A DNA stretch of 50,404 bases, taken from assembly GCF_001194135.2 (NCBI RefSeq), contig NC_069003.1:13259894-13310297 (forward strand). The letters are read 5' to 3'. Origin of the DNA: Octopus bimaculoides (lineage: Eukaryota). Shown here one piece after another: positions 1 through 12,059 of the stretch. Position numbers and translations under genes: made by a program. Position 1 is the stretch's first letter, and every line of letters starts with the position of its first letter. Under the pieces are notes generated by a model. It had not been told where the DNA came from. It saw only the letters and a program-made list of their open reading frames with translations, and did not search any database.

Positions 1-775
1 CAAGTATTGGTTTTTGTGGTGTGCGAAGTTAAGAGATCAAAATAAGGAAGGGGGGGGGTGTCGGGGGGGTATTACAAATAACTCGAAGAAAGTCTTAGAA
101 AAAACCCCTGCTTGATATTTGCTTTATCAGTTCATATTATAGCCAGGATCAAGTACTCCAATATAGAATGCAGAGAAATTTACAGAAGAATGGAAGCACC
201 AGAGATAAAATTATTAAGAGAAAAGAAATAAAGAAAGAATAGGAAAAATTTCATATTTCTTGTAAGAATTAGCTAAATGGTGAGAAATATATGAAGATTC
301 ATCAAGGACCGGAATTAAAATGCAGTAATGTAGGCCAGGAAAAAAAAAAGGGGGAAACAAAAGGACCCAAACCCACAAAAAAAAAAAAAAAAAAAAAAAA
401 AGTCAAGAGAATAGGGACTAGAAAGGAGGATGGGGAAGAAGTAGGGAACCAAATTGGTTGTATTGTACAGTGAACAAAATTATTTAGGGGCTTCTGTGTA
501 TAAAAATAGCAAACTGATGGGGGAAGAAGAGCGAGAAAAAGAGATATGATGAGGTAACTGAATTGACAAATGGAGGAAAAGTTGTAAGAACAATTTGATT
601 TTAGGTTTACAAATTAATGTGGTGGTGGTGGTGGTGGTGGTGGACAGGGGAGAACAGAAGGGGCAGAAAACAAGACAAAAAAAATACTGGAAGTGGGAGG
701 GAAATATAAGAAACAAAAACAACTCCTCCCCACCCCCTTGTGCAGGATGTTTTAAGCACATAGGGTTATGAGAGG
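1..775 (-). other. Probable MNK 3' UTR, continuing past the window start
   Basis: Lies directly after the stop codon. No AATAAA or ATTAAA on the minus strand by manual scan. Confidence 0.55.
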
Positions 776-1097
776 TTATGGGCTGGGAGCAGCACTGGAT
801 GAAAATGAATAGCCATAGACATTCTCATAAGAAACTGAACTTCCAAGGGAGCCATTTGCACTATCAGTGGAGTCTTCAGAGTAGTGGGATTTTCCACTGG
901 AAGAGGTGGCACGGCGCCGGGCTAGATTAGAAGAGCCTGGTGAAGACAGGATAAACTTAACACTGGAACTGTCAGTACTCTGATATTTGCCGAAACCTCT
1001 GGTTCTCTGCTCAGAAATGGCCAGATGCTGCTGCATCATGCGGTTGATGGAAATGGCCGTCTCAGCAAAAGATTCCAGATCTTTGGTACTGTTGTTC
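776..1097 (-). CDS. MKNK1: MNK last coding exon (R-NNSTKDLESFAETAISINRMM...LSSPGSSNLARRR...SAAPSP*)
   Basis: Acceptor tttttacag at 1098-1106, phase 2. Stop TAA at 776-778. Contains the LARRR MAPK-docking motif. Confidence 0.93.
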
Positions 1098-1805
1098 CTG
1101 TAAAAACAATTTTAAAATAAAATTAACTTTTATTCAGATGAAAATTTAGAGAGAAATATTACAAGAGAAAATTTCTAAGTAAAATAAAGTCAATTTAAAT
1201 GTTTTTTCTCTGGAAATTCCTTCAACTATTTCCCACTCCTTTTCCATCATTTTAAATGTTTGTAATTTTTAAAACTCCACCTCTTCTACCCATTTAAAGC
1301 AACTATTTTAACCCTTTGCAGGTCTGAAGCAGTTTCATTCATAAGTTTGTTCTAAACATCCATGCTTGTTATGAGACCTTTTTAATCATCCTTGTTTCAT
1401 ATTCAGAGTAATATAAAGCTATCTTTTAAGTTCCAAGTTATTCTGACGTTTGAAAAAAACTGAGCATGTGTATCATGGATGCCAGGGAAATGTGTATCAC
1501 ATGACGCACAAGACAGGCAAAAAGTTTTATTTACCAAACAGGTCCTTGCAGCCATTTTAACAGGTTAAAGTAGAACACACACACAAACTTTTATAAAACA
1601 TATTTTAGCAGAATACCATTTCTAATGGTAAAACAATGTAGCTAATATATTTTCAGTATTTAAATGGGTTACCATTCTCAGTGTATCAACTTTAGTTTAT
1701 CATTTTGTAACCTTATAACTTGGATATTGTTATGTAACCTTTTAGTAAAAGTAATGCTCTTGTAAACAGCAATTCAGAATAGACAGGCAAAAAATAGCAG
1801 CTAGA

Positions 1806-2000
1806 TCATCATCAACAGCTTTTCCATGCTAGCATGGATCAAATGGAATTTGCTGTGGCAAATTTTTATGACCATGTACCCTTCCCATCTATCAGCAACT
1901 CTCACCCATCTCCAAAATTATTTTCTTTCCCATAGAAGACTGGAAATGAATCACCTCACTTGTATGACTGCTCATTTACAATCATTGCATGATGTATAGA
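1806..2000 (-). mobile_element. SINE-like family C fragment with (GAT)n tail
   Basis: Reverse complement of the tail ccatgctagcatggaaa...gatgatga seen at 40150-40337. Confidence 0.55.
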
Positions 2001-2030
2001 CAATGTTGGGCACACACACACACACACTGG

Positions 2031-2120
2031 GGCTTCTTTCAGTTCCTGCTTACCAAATCCACTCGCAATGGTTTGATTGGCCTGCAGCTACAGTAGAAAA
2101 CTTCTTGACCACACAGCCAC
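2031..2120 (-). mobile_element. SINE family A fragment
   Basis: ggcttctttcagtt...taccaaatccactc...ccacacagccac matches family A. Confidence 0.7.
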
Positions 2121-2177
2121 ACTAACACCTATGAAGGGTGTGTAAATAATGAAGAGATGACCAACGGGTTGACATAC

Positions 2178-2386
2178 CTGGTTAATATACGAGGAGTTGC
2201 TAAAGGAGTGGCTGCCGGAGGTTGTACAACCCACGGGTCTCTCAATACATCCATCGCTGAGTAGCGTGAACGAGCATCTCGGACTAGAAGATGTTTGATG
2301 AGGTCTTTGGCCTCATCGGAAATGTCACGCCATTCGCTGTCAGGGAAATCGTAGATACCTTCTTGGATTCGAGTGAACAGGCTCTC
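2178..2386 (-). CDS. MKNK1: MNK exon (ESLFTRIQEGIYDFPDSEW...DPWV...LATPRILT-R)
   Basis: Acceptor aaaacag at 2387-2393 and donor AG|gtatgt at 2177. 209 nt, phase 0 to 2. End of kinase domain plus the C-terminal TP site. Confidence 0.95.
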
Positions 2387-2511
2387 CTGTTTTGGAAGAA
2401 GGGAAAAAGAAAATATGAATGACAGAACAAGTGAAAGAATTCCATAAATTGATGACACTTAAACTACATAAGAAGTCAGCTAGACAGCCAAGCTGCCCAA
2501 TAAACAAGATA

Positions 2512-2660
2512 ATCATCATCACTCTAATGTCTGCCTTTCTATGCCTGACATAGATCAGATGTGGAATTTATTATGGAATATTTTCTATGTACAGCCAGAT
2601 GTCCTTCCTGACACCAAGACTGGTTTTAAGCCAAGGCAAGTTATTTTCAAATTGGGTCCT
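2512..2660 (-). mobile_element. SINE-like family C fragment
   Basis: Reverse complement ggtgtcaggaaggacatctggctgta matches aggaagggcatccagctgta at ~40195. Confidence 0.55.
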
Positions 2661-3050
2661 CATGCACACACTTGAGCAGAGGACACTATGATGAATTTTT
2701 AGTATATCCTTGTAGCTAATGGTGAAGCCTCAAGCTCACAATGCTTTTTGGCTGCAACTGCATACTACACAAAGCATAACATGTCAATCTTCAGCTTTTG
2801 TAGAGAGCCCCACTGACACTTCTCTAATTGGGCCCTGCACAAACCTTTATTTGTTTCTAAATAAGAATATTTCTCCATAGCCACAAATGCTTTCATCATG
2901 TTGTAAATAAATGCCACTGCTTGTATGACAGTAGCAATCATTGTATGACAATAATCAAACTCATTTATAATAAAATAGATTATGTGAGCTTAACCATTTG
3001 ACAAATACAGAATCAATAAAATCATTAATAGGTTTTAACTAACATTGTTA

Positions 3051-3464
<414 letters not shown>

Positions 3465-3624
3465 TTAAAGAAAAATTAAATTTAAATTAAGACATATCAC
3501 TGGGCCCTTCCTTTTCTCTAATATGAGAAAGGATTTCCTTAAGTCATAAATAAGGTAGTGTTCCTCCTTAAATTAAGTTGACCAATTTAGAAGAGTTGTT
3601 GGAGCAATGAATTGATTGCTTTGA

Positions 3625-3740
3625 AATAACCATTTCTGCACTCAGTGTTCAAATCTCACTGGGATACGCTTTGCTTTTTATCTTTTCAGAGTTGATAAAT
3701 GAAAGTACTTGAGTACTAGTCAAGTACTGGAATCAATTCT
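3625..3740 (+). mobile_element. SINE family B fragment (degenerate)
   Basis: gttcaaat...ctttgctttttatcttttcagagttgataaatgaaagtac matches family B. Confidence 0.6.
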
Positions 3741-4038
3741 CCTCTTGCTCTCACCCTTTCTTTTCATCTCTTTTCAGCCCTAGAGACAGAGATAGGTTTC
3801 ATTGGGTCAAAAAATGTCTAAGAAATACTGTACATCACAAGAGTATCTCTACAACTCCATCAGAGTTAAGGGCCAAAGGCAAGGCAAATCCTTAAATTAG
3901 GTTTAAATTTACCCAGCTTCCTTAATCCCAACCCTAGGTAACAGAATGACAGGTGAAGATTTTGTTGTAGGGACATGTATTTCAAAGCTAACATTAGAGC
4001 ATGGATAATCCCAATGTTATCAAGTTAATGAAATGGTT

Positions 4039-4180
4039 TTAACCCTTTTATTGCCATATTTCTGTTGAAATACACTGCTTTTGTTTGTGTTAACTTTTTT
4101 AATTTAAATTACTTTAAAACAAAGTTTGTATTGTAGAACTAGAAGAGGCAGTTTCAGTGTGTTGGTATCAAAGAGGTTAA
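4039..4180. mobile_element. TTAA-flanked piggyBac-like MITE
   Basis: TTAA-CCCTTT at the left end and AAAGAGG-TTAA at the right end, with imperfect terminal inverted repeats. Confidence 0.6.
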
Positions 4181-4213
4181 TGTAGATTATGAAATGTCAA
4201 AGAAAATACTTAC

Positions 4214-4269
4214 TTCACCATTTCTACCACACAAGATGTTCTCTGGTTTCAAGTCCCGATGTGCAATAC
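4214..4269 (-). CDS. MKNK1: MNK exon (G-IAHRDLKPENILCGRNGE), catalytic loop
   Basis: Acceptor ttttttcag at 4270-4278 and donor gtaagt at 4213-4208. 56 nt, phase 1 to 0. Confidence 0.96.
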
Positions 4270-4707
4270 CTGAAAAAATTAAGATAATAGAAAAATTCAT
4301 TAAGATATACATTCATCTAGAGACAAGTTTAAAAACTAAACCATGTAATTTAGTGGTTTTTAAACAGATAAAATACTAGTCACTAGCTCTCACATTCCAT
4401 AAAAAAAATAAATAAATAATTTTTTATCCCCACCCCCCAGACATACACCTATAGAGAAGATGAAAGAGTTTGTTACAATCTTCATCATTTTCATGTTAGA
4501 TTTTCCCTTCTTGCATGGGGGAGGAAGATTTTTCTATGGATAGATGTCCCTCCTTTCTGTCTGCCAACCCTCACCCATTTCCAAGCAAGATAATATTTTC
4601 CCATGGCCAGATATGTTTTGCAAGGAAGATGAACCACATTGCTTATCTGACAGGGACTTGTTTACAACTATTGAGACAAGAGTACAAACACATACATACA
4701 CTTGACA

Positions 4708-4835
4708 GGCTTCTTTCAGTTTCTATCTACCAAATCCACTCATGAGGCTTTGGTTGATTCTGGGTAGAAGACACTTGCCCAAGGTGCCTTGCAGTCAGAC
4801 TCAACCCAAAACCATATGGTTAGGAAACAAGCTAC
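4708..4835 (-). mobile_element. SINE family A head fragment
   Basis: ggcttctttcagtttctatctaccaaatccactc...gaagacacttgcccaaggtgcc. Confidence 0.8.
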
Positions 4836-4985
4836 ACCTTCATATACTTCTTTTTATGGACCTCGGATTTCTTAGAATTAAGGCTACAGGAATCTTCCTT
4901 TTATGAAACATGGCAATTTTGTCAACCCCATTTCTAAGCCTCATAGCCCTTATTATGAGAAACTTGATTTAAGAAGTTAGCTTAC

Positions 4986-5090
4986 CTTTGTTGTGAATGT
5001 GGTCTAAAGCCTTAGCTATGTCTCGTACTATCATACTGGCCTCTCGTTCGGTTAGATGACCTCGGCGTTCTATATTAGCTAACAAAGTAC
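4986..5090 (-). CDS. MKNK1: MNK exon ([36 protein letters not shown])
   Basis: Acceptor ttttcttcag at 5091-5100 and donor AAAG|gtaag at 4985. 105 nt, phase 1 to 1. Confidence 0.95.
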
Positions 5091-5207
5091 CTGAAGAAAA
5101 ATAAACAGAAATGTGTCTCAAATTTCAAGCATATGAAAAGAGAGGGAAAAAACCCGAAAAATTGATACAATGTGGGATAATAAAAGCCAGAAAAGAAATC
5201 AACATAC

Positions 5208-5239
5208 CTCCTTCCATTTTCTCAAAGATAAGAAAAAAT
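5208..5239 (-). CDS. MKNK1: MNK small exon (Q-FFLIFEKMEG-G), hinge region
   Basis: Acceptor tttttcag at 5240-5247 and donor GGAG|gtatgt at 5207. 32 nt, phase 2 to 1. Confidence 0.93.
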
Positions 5240-5725
5240 CTGAAAAACGAAAAGAAAAAAAATTTAGTGCAAGTCATTAACTGAAATATTTAACAGCTTC
5301 AAAAAAATTTTAAAAAACAAGAAATTAACAATACGTTAACGATTTAAAGTTCTCAAATACTCTGAAGAGAAATAGTTAGCTTTAACTAGAGCCTTAATCC
5401 GTTTATTACATTTCAATTAATTTTGAAAATGATGAAGAATTTAGTAAAATAACATTGTTATTAAGTTGAGTGTTTGGAACAAATTCTTTCTACTATAAGT
5501 ACAAGACTTGGCTGATAATCTAAAGTCTCAAAACTAAAAATATATATTATCCACCAACTCATATAGTACCAATACATTTTACCCACCAAGTAAACCAAAT
5601 TAACTACCAATAACTAAAAGTCTGAAAACAAGTAATGACATTTAGGAGGAACTTCTGGAAATGCTTTGGGCAGGCAAAGGACTAAATAACAGTCTCTTAA
5701 ATAAAAGAAAGAAGGTAACACTTAC

Positions 5726-5847
5726 TGCTCATCTTCTTCAAAATATTCATTGAGCTGTAATATGTTAGCATGGCCTTGACAGTGATGAAATATTTCAATT
5801 TCTTTGAAAACTTTGTTGCGGGATCTTACATGGTTTTTCTCTATTAT
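5726..5847 (-). CDS. MKNK1: MNK exon (IIEKNHVRSRNKVFKEIEIFHHCQGHANILQLNEYFEEDE-Q)
   Basis: Acceptor ttggcag at 5848-5854 and donor CA|gtaagt at 5725. 122 nt, phase 0 to 2. alphaC helix. Confidence 0.95.
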
Positions 5848-6009
5848 CTGCCAAAGTAAAAAAACAAAAAACAAAAAAACAATTACAAATGAATCTTTAA
5901 ACAAATTAACAAAATTTAATCCTTACTAGAACAACAACCGGCAAAGGAGGGAGATACCAACACCAGTGTTATTTATATGTATCAAGTAGCAAGTGAAGCT
6001 AATGCTCAC

Positions 6010-6107
6010 CTTTACAGCATATTCCTTTTCAGTTTGTGTATGAATATAGGTACGAACTGTTGCGTAAGCCCCTTGCCCTAAGATTTCGCCAGTTGGTTTA
6101 TACAGAT
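6010..6107 (-). CDS. MKNK1: MNK exon (D-LYKPTGEILGQGAYATVRTYIHTQTEKEYAVK)
   Basis: Acceptor ttaccag at 6108-6114 and donor AAG|gtgagc at 6009. 98 nt, phase 1 to 0. Gly-rich loop and catalytic Lys. Confidence 0.96.
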
Positions 6108-6276
6108 CTGGTAATAATTAGAATGGAGGGTCAAAATTTTAATAAAAGTCAGTCTAGATCAGCTGGTATCAAATGAAAGGCTCAAAATTGGTAGATGAAG
6201 GACAGCATTTTAACAGTTAATACAAACAAAATCTGAAAAAGAATTCTTCCCTCATGGTCATCAATAAAACTTCAAC

Positions 6277-6507
6277 AACCCTTTAACATTCCGACTATTC
6301 TCTCAAATTTACTGCTTACTTATCCACATTGTTTTTTTTTTTATTAATCATGCATTATCTTGTAGCTTCAAGCTTTTGATGATGTGAGTGATTATTTTAT
6401 AGAATGACATTGTAGTGTAGGCATGAGAGCCCAGATCTGGCTAGTCTAAATATAAAATGGGTAAAATATTCAGCCCAGATATGGACAGCTTAAGTGCTAA
6501 AGGATTA
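6277..6507. mobile_element. piggyBac-like MITE (degenerate ends)
   Basis: AACCCTTTAACATT ... GCTAAAGGATTA termini. A reversed fragment of the same sequence lies at ~29430-29545. Confidence 0.55.
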
Positions 6508-6996
6508 GAGATATTACAATATATTAGCCATAAAGAATGTCTACAAAAAGAACATCTACAATCATCAAGAAAACTTTAACAGTTTGTTGCTACATTCCTG
6601 TTGAAAAACCATGCCCTTGATCCTATTAATTTTGAAAATAAGGAATTCAGTATAAAATAACTCATTATTACGCTGGTGCTTGAAACCTAAATTAATAAGG
6701 AAGGTTTTTTTAAATTTGGATCACTTTTAAACAAGTTTGTGCCATAAAGCAGTCTCTGATGTACCAGTTCAAAAGGGGTTAACGATATATTGCAATATTA
6801 ATTAGATGATGAGAGAGCTAGTTAACCAGGTTTGAGATATCTGGTAAGTTTTCTACTTCACACCCACAAAGATGGCAGACGAAGGTAGAAGCACGTGAAG
6901 GTCGCTTCTATCATTGAAAAGTACACAAGATTTGGAAGAGAGCCAAGTGTTGCAGGGTACTACTTTACTGAGCAAGTTTATCAGCCACTTGGAGGA

Positions 6997-7078
6997 GGAG
7001 GAGCAGGCAGTGGGGGGAGGTGGAGGAGCAGGCAGTGGGGGGAGGTGGAGGAGCAGGCAGTGGAGGGGGGGAGGTGGA
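6997..7078 (+). repeat. G-rich 25-bp minisatellite x3
   Basis: GGAGGAGCAGGCAGTGGGGGGAGGT at 6997 and 7022, and at 7047 with an insertion. Confidence 0.9.
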
Positions 7079-7410
7079 ATTTTGTAATAAACAGACAGAC
7101 AAATGACGACAACAAATATAACTGACCAGTTATCAAGACAACTGTTTAATGTGAGCAGCAGTTAGTATTTAACAGCCAATATTAGAGGATCACCACTACC
7201 ATCTCCACCATAACCACTACTTCTTATCCTAAATAGCAGTTAGAATTACACAAGCAACAAGGAATTAAGAGAGAGAAGAACTGACAGGTTTTTTTAGTTG
7301 TTTGTAGACAGCACGGCATGGAGTAAAAGTCTAGCTAAGTAAGATATCCAGCAACCAAGATTAATCTAAAACTATATATTCAGAACAACCAAGTTGGTCA
7401 GTTTGAAAAG

Positions 7411-7443
<33 letters not shown>

Positions 7444-8511
7444 AATAAGACAGCAAGTGGTGATGGTAGAAGTAGTCAGAACCAGCTAATTTTCCACATT
7501 GCTCTGGTTAATTGTACAAAAAAATGTAAATGGATTTGTCAGGTTTTAACATACAGTTCCAACTGTTCAATCTTTAACAGCATGGCTTGTTCATTGAATT
7601 AGTGAGTGTGTGTGTGTGTGTGTGTGCATGTGTGTGTGTGTGCATGCAGTTAAGTGCTCCACAGACGTACTCCTAATGCTATCTCCAGGCAGAAGCAGCA
7701 AGTGTTCATAGCTTCTGTATTGAGACACACAGTGGGCTCATTGATGGTCTTTAAACATTACACTGACCTTTTTCACTTACATAGAGGACTACAAGAAATT
7801 GACTCGGGGAGGGTTTTTTAAAAGAGCAACCATTCACCAAAACACACCATGTCTGGGACAAATAGTGGAGATATTTAGAAACAGTTAAAATATGTAAATA
7901 ATGAGGTCTTATGTATACATGCACACAAGAGAGACAGTATGTGTGCATGTAATATGACTGTGTTTATGTGCACATGCACGGGGGCACGTCTATTTAAAAA
8001 CAGGCAGTGACTACATATTTGGGAAATTTCTAATTTAAAACAATAGACCAAAACAAAAAATAAGGACAAGGCTTTTTCTCTTTGCTGTAAAGAAAATAAG
8101 ACGAAGATAGATACATAATAGGTAGATAAACAAGAGAGAGAGAGAGAGAGAGAGAAGGGTGAGAGAGGGAGAGTAGTGATTAAAAGTGGCATTTTATTGT
8201 CTGCCCGACTTTTTCTCTTTTAGGACAAACACAGTTTAAATTACACAATTCAGAAGAAAAAGAAAAAAAAAATTTGAGCCCAATTCAAACGAGATATAAA
8301 TAAAAAACAAAAAAAAAAAAAAAAAAACTANNNNNNNNNNAAAAAAAAAAACTATAAAAACAGGTAAAGATGGCTGCTAAAAGAGGTGAAGAAAATTTTC
8401 AGTAAAAGCTTAAGCTTGCTCTTCACAAACTATTCTGGAGCTAAAAGTTTCAGATGTCACAACTACGTAGTTTGATGTTTAGACACTCACCCTCTTTGAT
8501 GCATAGAGGTA

Positions 8512-8552
<41 letters not shown>

Positions 8553-9305
8553 CCGAAATGAAATGAGCAGCTCCTCTCTCTCTCTGCTATGCTGGTTGGG
8601 CTATAAAGACTGCTAGACTTGTAGCTGTTTTAGCTGCAGTACACAAATAGATTCCACACAAAAATATTATTAACAACACTTTTTGTGTAAAGAGGAGTGG
8701 ATATATAAAAATGACTAAACTCTCTCTAATGTATCTGGTTCAATTTAGTGGGATGAAAGACTTGACACCTAAATATAGGTAACTAAAAAGGTTTGTATCA
8801 AAGAGGGCTTTAGACCATACAAACCCACTTTCTCAAAAACTCGTGTCCAATCTACATGTCAATAAAATGGAAAAACAGACATAAAAGCAACAAAGAGAAA
8901 ACTCAAATAACAAGTACATTCAATTTCGCTGTGCAAACAGACCCCGTATTTAAAATGCAGGGTTCTCTCAGCAGAACAAACTGAAGAACAATATACATTT
9001 TATCTGACCCAATTTGTCCAATGCAATAAGCAAAAGGCAGTTTTTTTTTTCTCCTTTTTTGCCTCATTTGCATAACAGCACTTTCATTGGGGACCTATGA
9101 TTAAGAACTGAGATTGCAATGTTTGTGAATGGTCATTCTTTTGGTTACTGTCTTTGTAAAATCCCATCAAGTTTAGTAAGAACCTCTTGGTTAATATTCC
9201 AGCTGCACAGCGAAGTTAAATGTATGTTTATTGCATCACATTATTTACATTTTATATATATATATATAAATTGAAATCACCATGGTAGTATAAATTATAA
9301 CTCAC

Positions 9306-9504
9306 CTAAAAAATTAGCTGCTCTAATTGCTGCCCTCTTTTTCTTCTTCTTGCTGTTATTTCTGGTAACCAAATTAGGTTCGTTGCAGTCGGTGTCAGCC
9401 TCAACATTGTGCATTAACTGCACCCCATCGAGGGTGATGCTGTTGTCCAACATCAGACTATTTGGCCGTTCAATAAAACTAATTGGTTTAGGTTGAATCT
9501 CAAG
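9306..9504 (-). CDS. MKNK1: MNK N-terminal exon (LEIQPKP...NNSKKKKKRAAIRAANFL-D)
   Basis: Acceptor ttttttcag at 9505-9513 and donor TTAG|gtgagt at 9305. 199 nt, phase 0 to 1. The polybasic stretch matches the eIF4G/importin-binding region of MNKs. Confidence 0.9.
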
Positions 9505-10184
9505 CTGAAAAAAATCAAAAACGAAAGACATTTTAGCTGCAATAACCTAAGCAGACATGTATAGACATCAGTTAGATGTTGCACTAAATATACAAAACAA
9601 TCATTGTTTGCTTGGGCTGCAAACACACAAGGTGTTCTTCACTTAGTTGTGTGACACCAAATCCACATGGTGTTCTTTGCTTAGTTGTGCAATACCAAAT
9701 TTGCCTGGTTCTCTGCTGCAATACCAAACATGCAAGGTATCAGACGGAGGTATCAGACCAAACATGCAAGGTATCAGGCTGATACACGCACAACTTAGTG
9801 GACACATTTGTGGAAAGATATTGGCAGCCAACATATGATGATGGTAACAGATCAGATGTTACTGATGAACTCGTTGGGATGGGATGACATGTTGAAGATG
9901 GACAAACATGGACTCAACTCTTCCTCTCTGCTACATGTATCATATGAAGCAATGCTGATGGCCCTTTTTGTACTGACAGAAGAGATGAAATTTTGGCATA
10001 CATGCACACTAATTATATCACTAGTGTAGACCAATGGTTCTTTAAAAGTCCAACATTATTTCACTCTATAAGTAGCATTTCCCATAAAAACTCAATACAC
10101 TTATCTATACCAATACCTAAAAAAGCAACACATGTTGGATGGGACGGCATATGAAAATAATCCGAGTAGAATTATTACTAGCAT

Positions 10185-10525
10185 TATTAAGGCAACAAGC
10201 AAGCACAATCATTACTATGCTGGACAAAATGCTGAGGTCATCATTTAGGGGTCAATTAAAAAAAAGTAGCAGCTGAGCAGTAGGGTCAACATACTTAACT
10301 TGCTCCCTTACCCAAAATTTCAAGCCTTATGCCTATAGTAAAATGAATTATTATTATTATAATAAATGCTTAGTAGCCTTTTGTCCTGGGTTCAAATGCC
10401 ACCAAGGTCGACTTTGCCTTCCACCCTTTCGGGGTCGATAAAATAAGTACCAGCTGAGCACTGGGTTCGATTTGATTTAGCTCCTCACCTGAAATTGCTA
10501 GCCTTGTGCCAAAATTTGAAACCAT
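10185..10525 (+). mobile_element. Two tandem SINE family B copies
   Basis: gggttcaaatgccaccaaggtcgactttgccttccaccctttcggggtcgataaaataagtaccag...gccttgtgccaaaatttgaaacc, preceded by a degenerate copy. Confidence 0.8.
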
Positions 10526-11183
10526 TCTTTTTTATTTTTTTTGCTATTGTTGCAAAAAACAAGCACTAGGGTGTTTATTAAAAAAAAAAAAAGGGCCCAT
10601 TCAATAAAAGGGTGGGACTGAATTACAAATGGTTGGAATCACAAACAAACATAACACCCACTTACATACATTGGTAGCTTCTTGCCAGAATTAACTAAAT
10701 CCCCCACAAATCATAACTTTCACCGTTTTGTTGTTTTTGCCTTTAAAAAATGTCTAGTGTATATTTGCATAATGAATAAGGTCTTATCCAAGACTAAACA
10801 ACAAGGCATAACAATTCACCTGCTCACCAACCTGTAATAAACCTAACAGTGAGTAAGAGAATATTTTGGACATATTTCAGTGAGGTGTACACGAAAACAA
10901 GAATGCCAAACTAGACTAGCTACGTAACATCAACATCCAGACTTTAACACTTTTACTGCTTATAGGTTTTTATTTATCACCTATAAAACTACCTAGGTAG
11001 CCCAAGGACCTGGAAAGTTCCTTGCATGAAACTGAGCACTTTGACCACTGTTTTACAGTCAACAGATAAATGTAAATATGCTCGTTCTGCTTCTTCCACC
11101 ACCACCACCACCCATCTGTTTGAGTGTGTGTGGATGTTTGTTGTTTGACGTTGCAGGCAACCTTCGACGTTTTTTCTACTCAC

Positions 11184-11231
11184 CCAAAAAAGGGTTTTTG
11201 AAAATCCTGCGGTATTGGTAGGCGATAGCAT
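11184..11231 (-). CDS. Candidate alternative first coding exon (MLSPTNTAGFSKTLFW)
   Basis: ATG at 11231, 16 codons, then TGG|gtgagt, a strong donor in phase 0 matching the 9504 acceptor. An in-frame TGA lies immediately before the ATG. Confidence 0.35.
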
Positions 11232-12059
11232 TCACCCACACAACCATGCGTCAAGACATAGATAAAGTCGCCAAGTTGAAAAGAGGACGAAATGATGTCG
11301 TCTCCTCATACTGATACTGTATTCCAAAACCGAAGGATCACCAGATTTTTCAACCCAATATTTACATTCTATTATTTATTTGTAACTTCATGTATACTTC
11401 GAGGTCCACTATTCCAAAAAAGAACGCGCGCGCGCGCGATTAGCCAACAATGTACTTATAGTAAAAACTTCGTTATATAGTTGAATATCCTAAATGTCGT
11501 GTGTGCATATAAACAAACATACCACACACTGCAGACGGAGCATTTAAAGTTTTCAAACATCAATAAATACGGATTAGCAAGCAAAAAGCAAAACCAATAG
11601 AGACGTGTGGTACTTACTAATAAATATAGCTGAGACTATATGACGCGACTCCTAATTCCTATAATGGTAACTTCTCCACGGTGACAAGCCTGCAGGGCTC
11701 TGTTGATAGAGCCATGCAGTGTAAGTAGCGTGCAAAGGGGAGGGGGAGGGAAGCACTCTTAGAGAGAGATCAGAAAGCGAGCGAGCTAGCGCGCGTGCAT
11801 GAGAAAGAGAGGGGGGGAGAAAGGGAGAAAGAGAGAGTGTATGTGAGAAAGGAGGGGGTGAGAGACTATCTGCAGAGCAACTTAGGTATGATGTGAAGTA
11901 TCTGGCAGGTGGAAAATAACTGAAAGCGAGAGATGATGAGATGTGAGCTAAAAAGCACAGGAGAGGACTGGTTGGTTGGCTGGCACCAATAGCAACAAGC
12001 TAGAGAGAGTTTAAGTTACCAAAATGATGCAGTTATCACCCATCACCACCGCTACTTAC

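Noticed and set aside
8310-8360. Duplicated A-run/ACTA either side of a 10-N gap (similar at 24120-24170)
   Set aside because: Likely a contig-overlap artefact at homopolymers.
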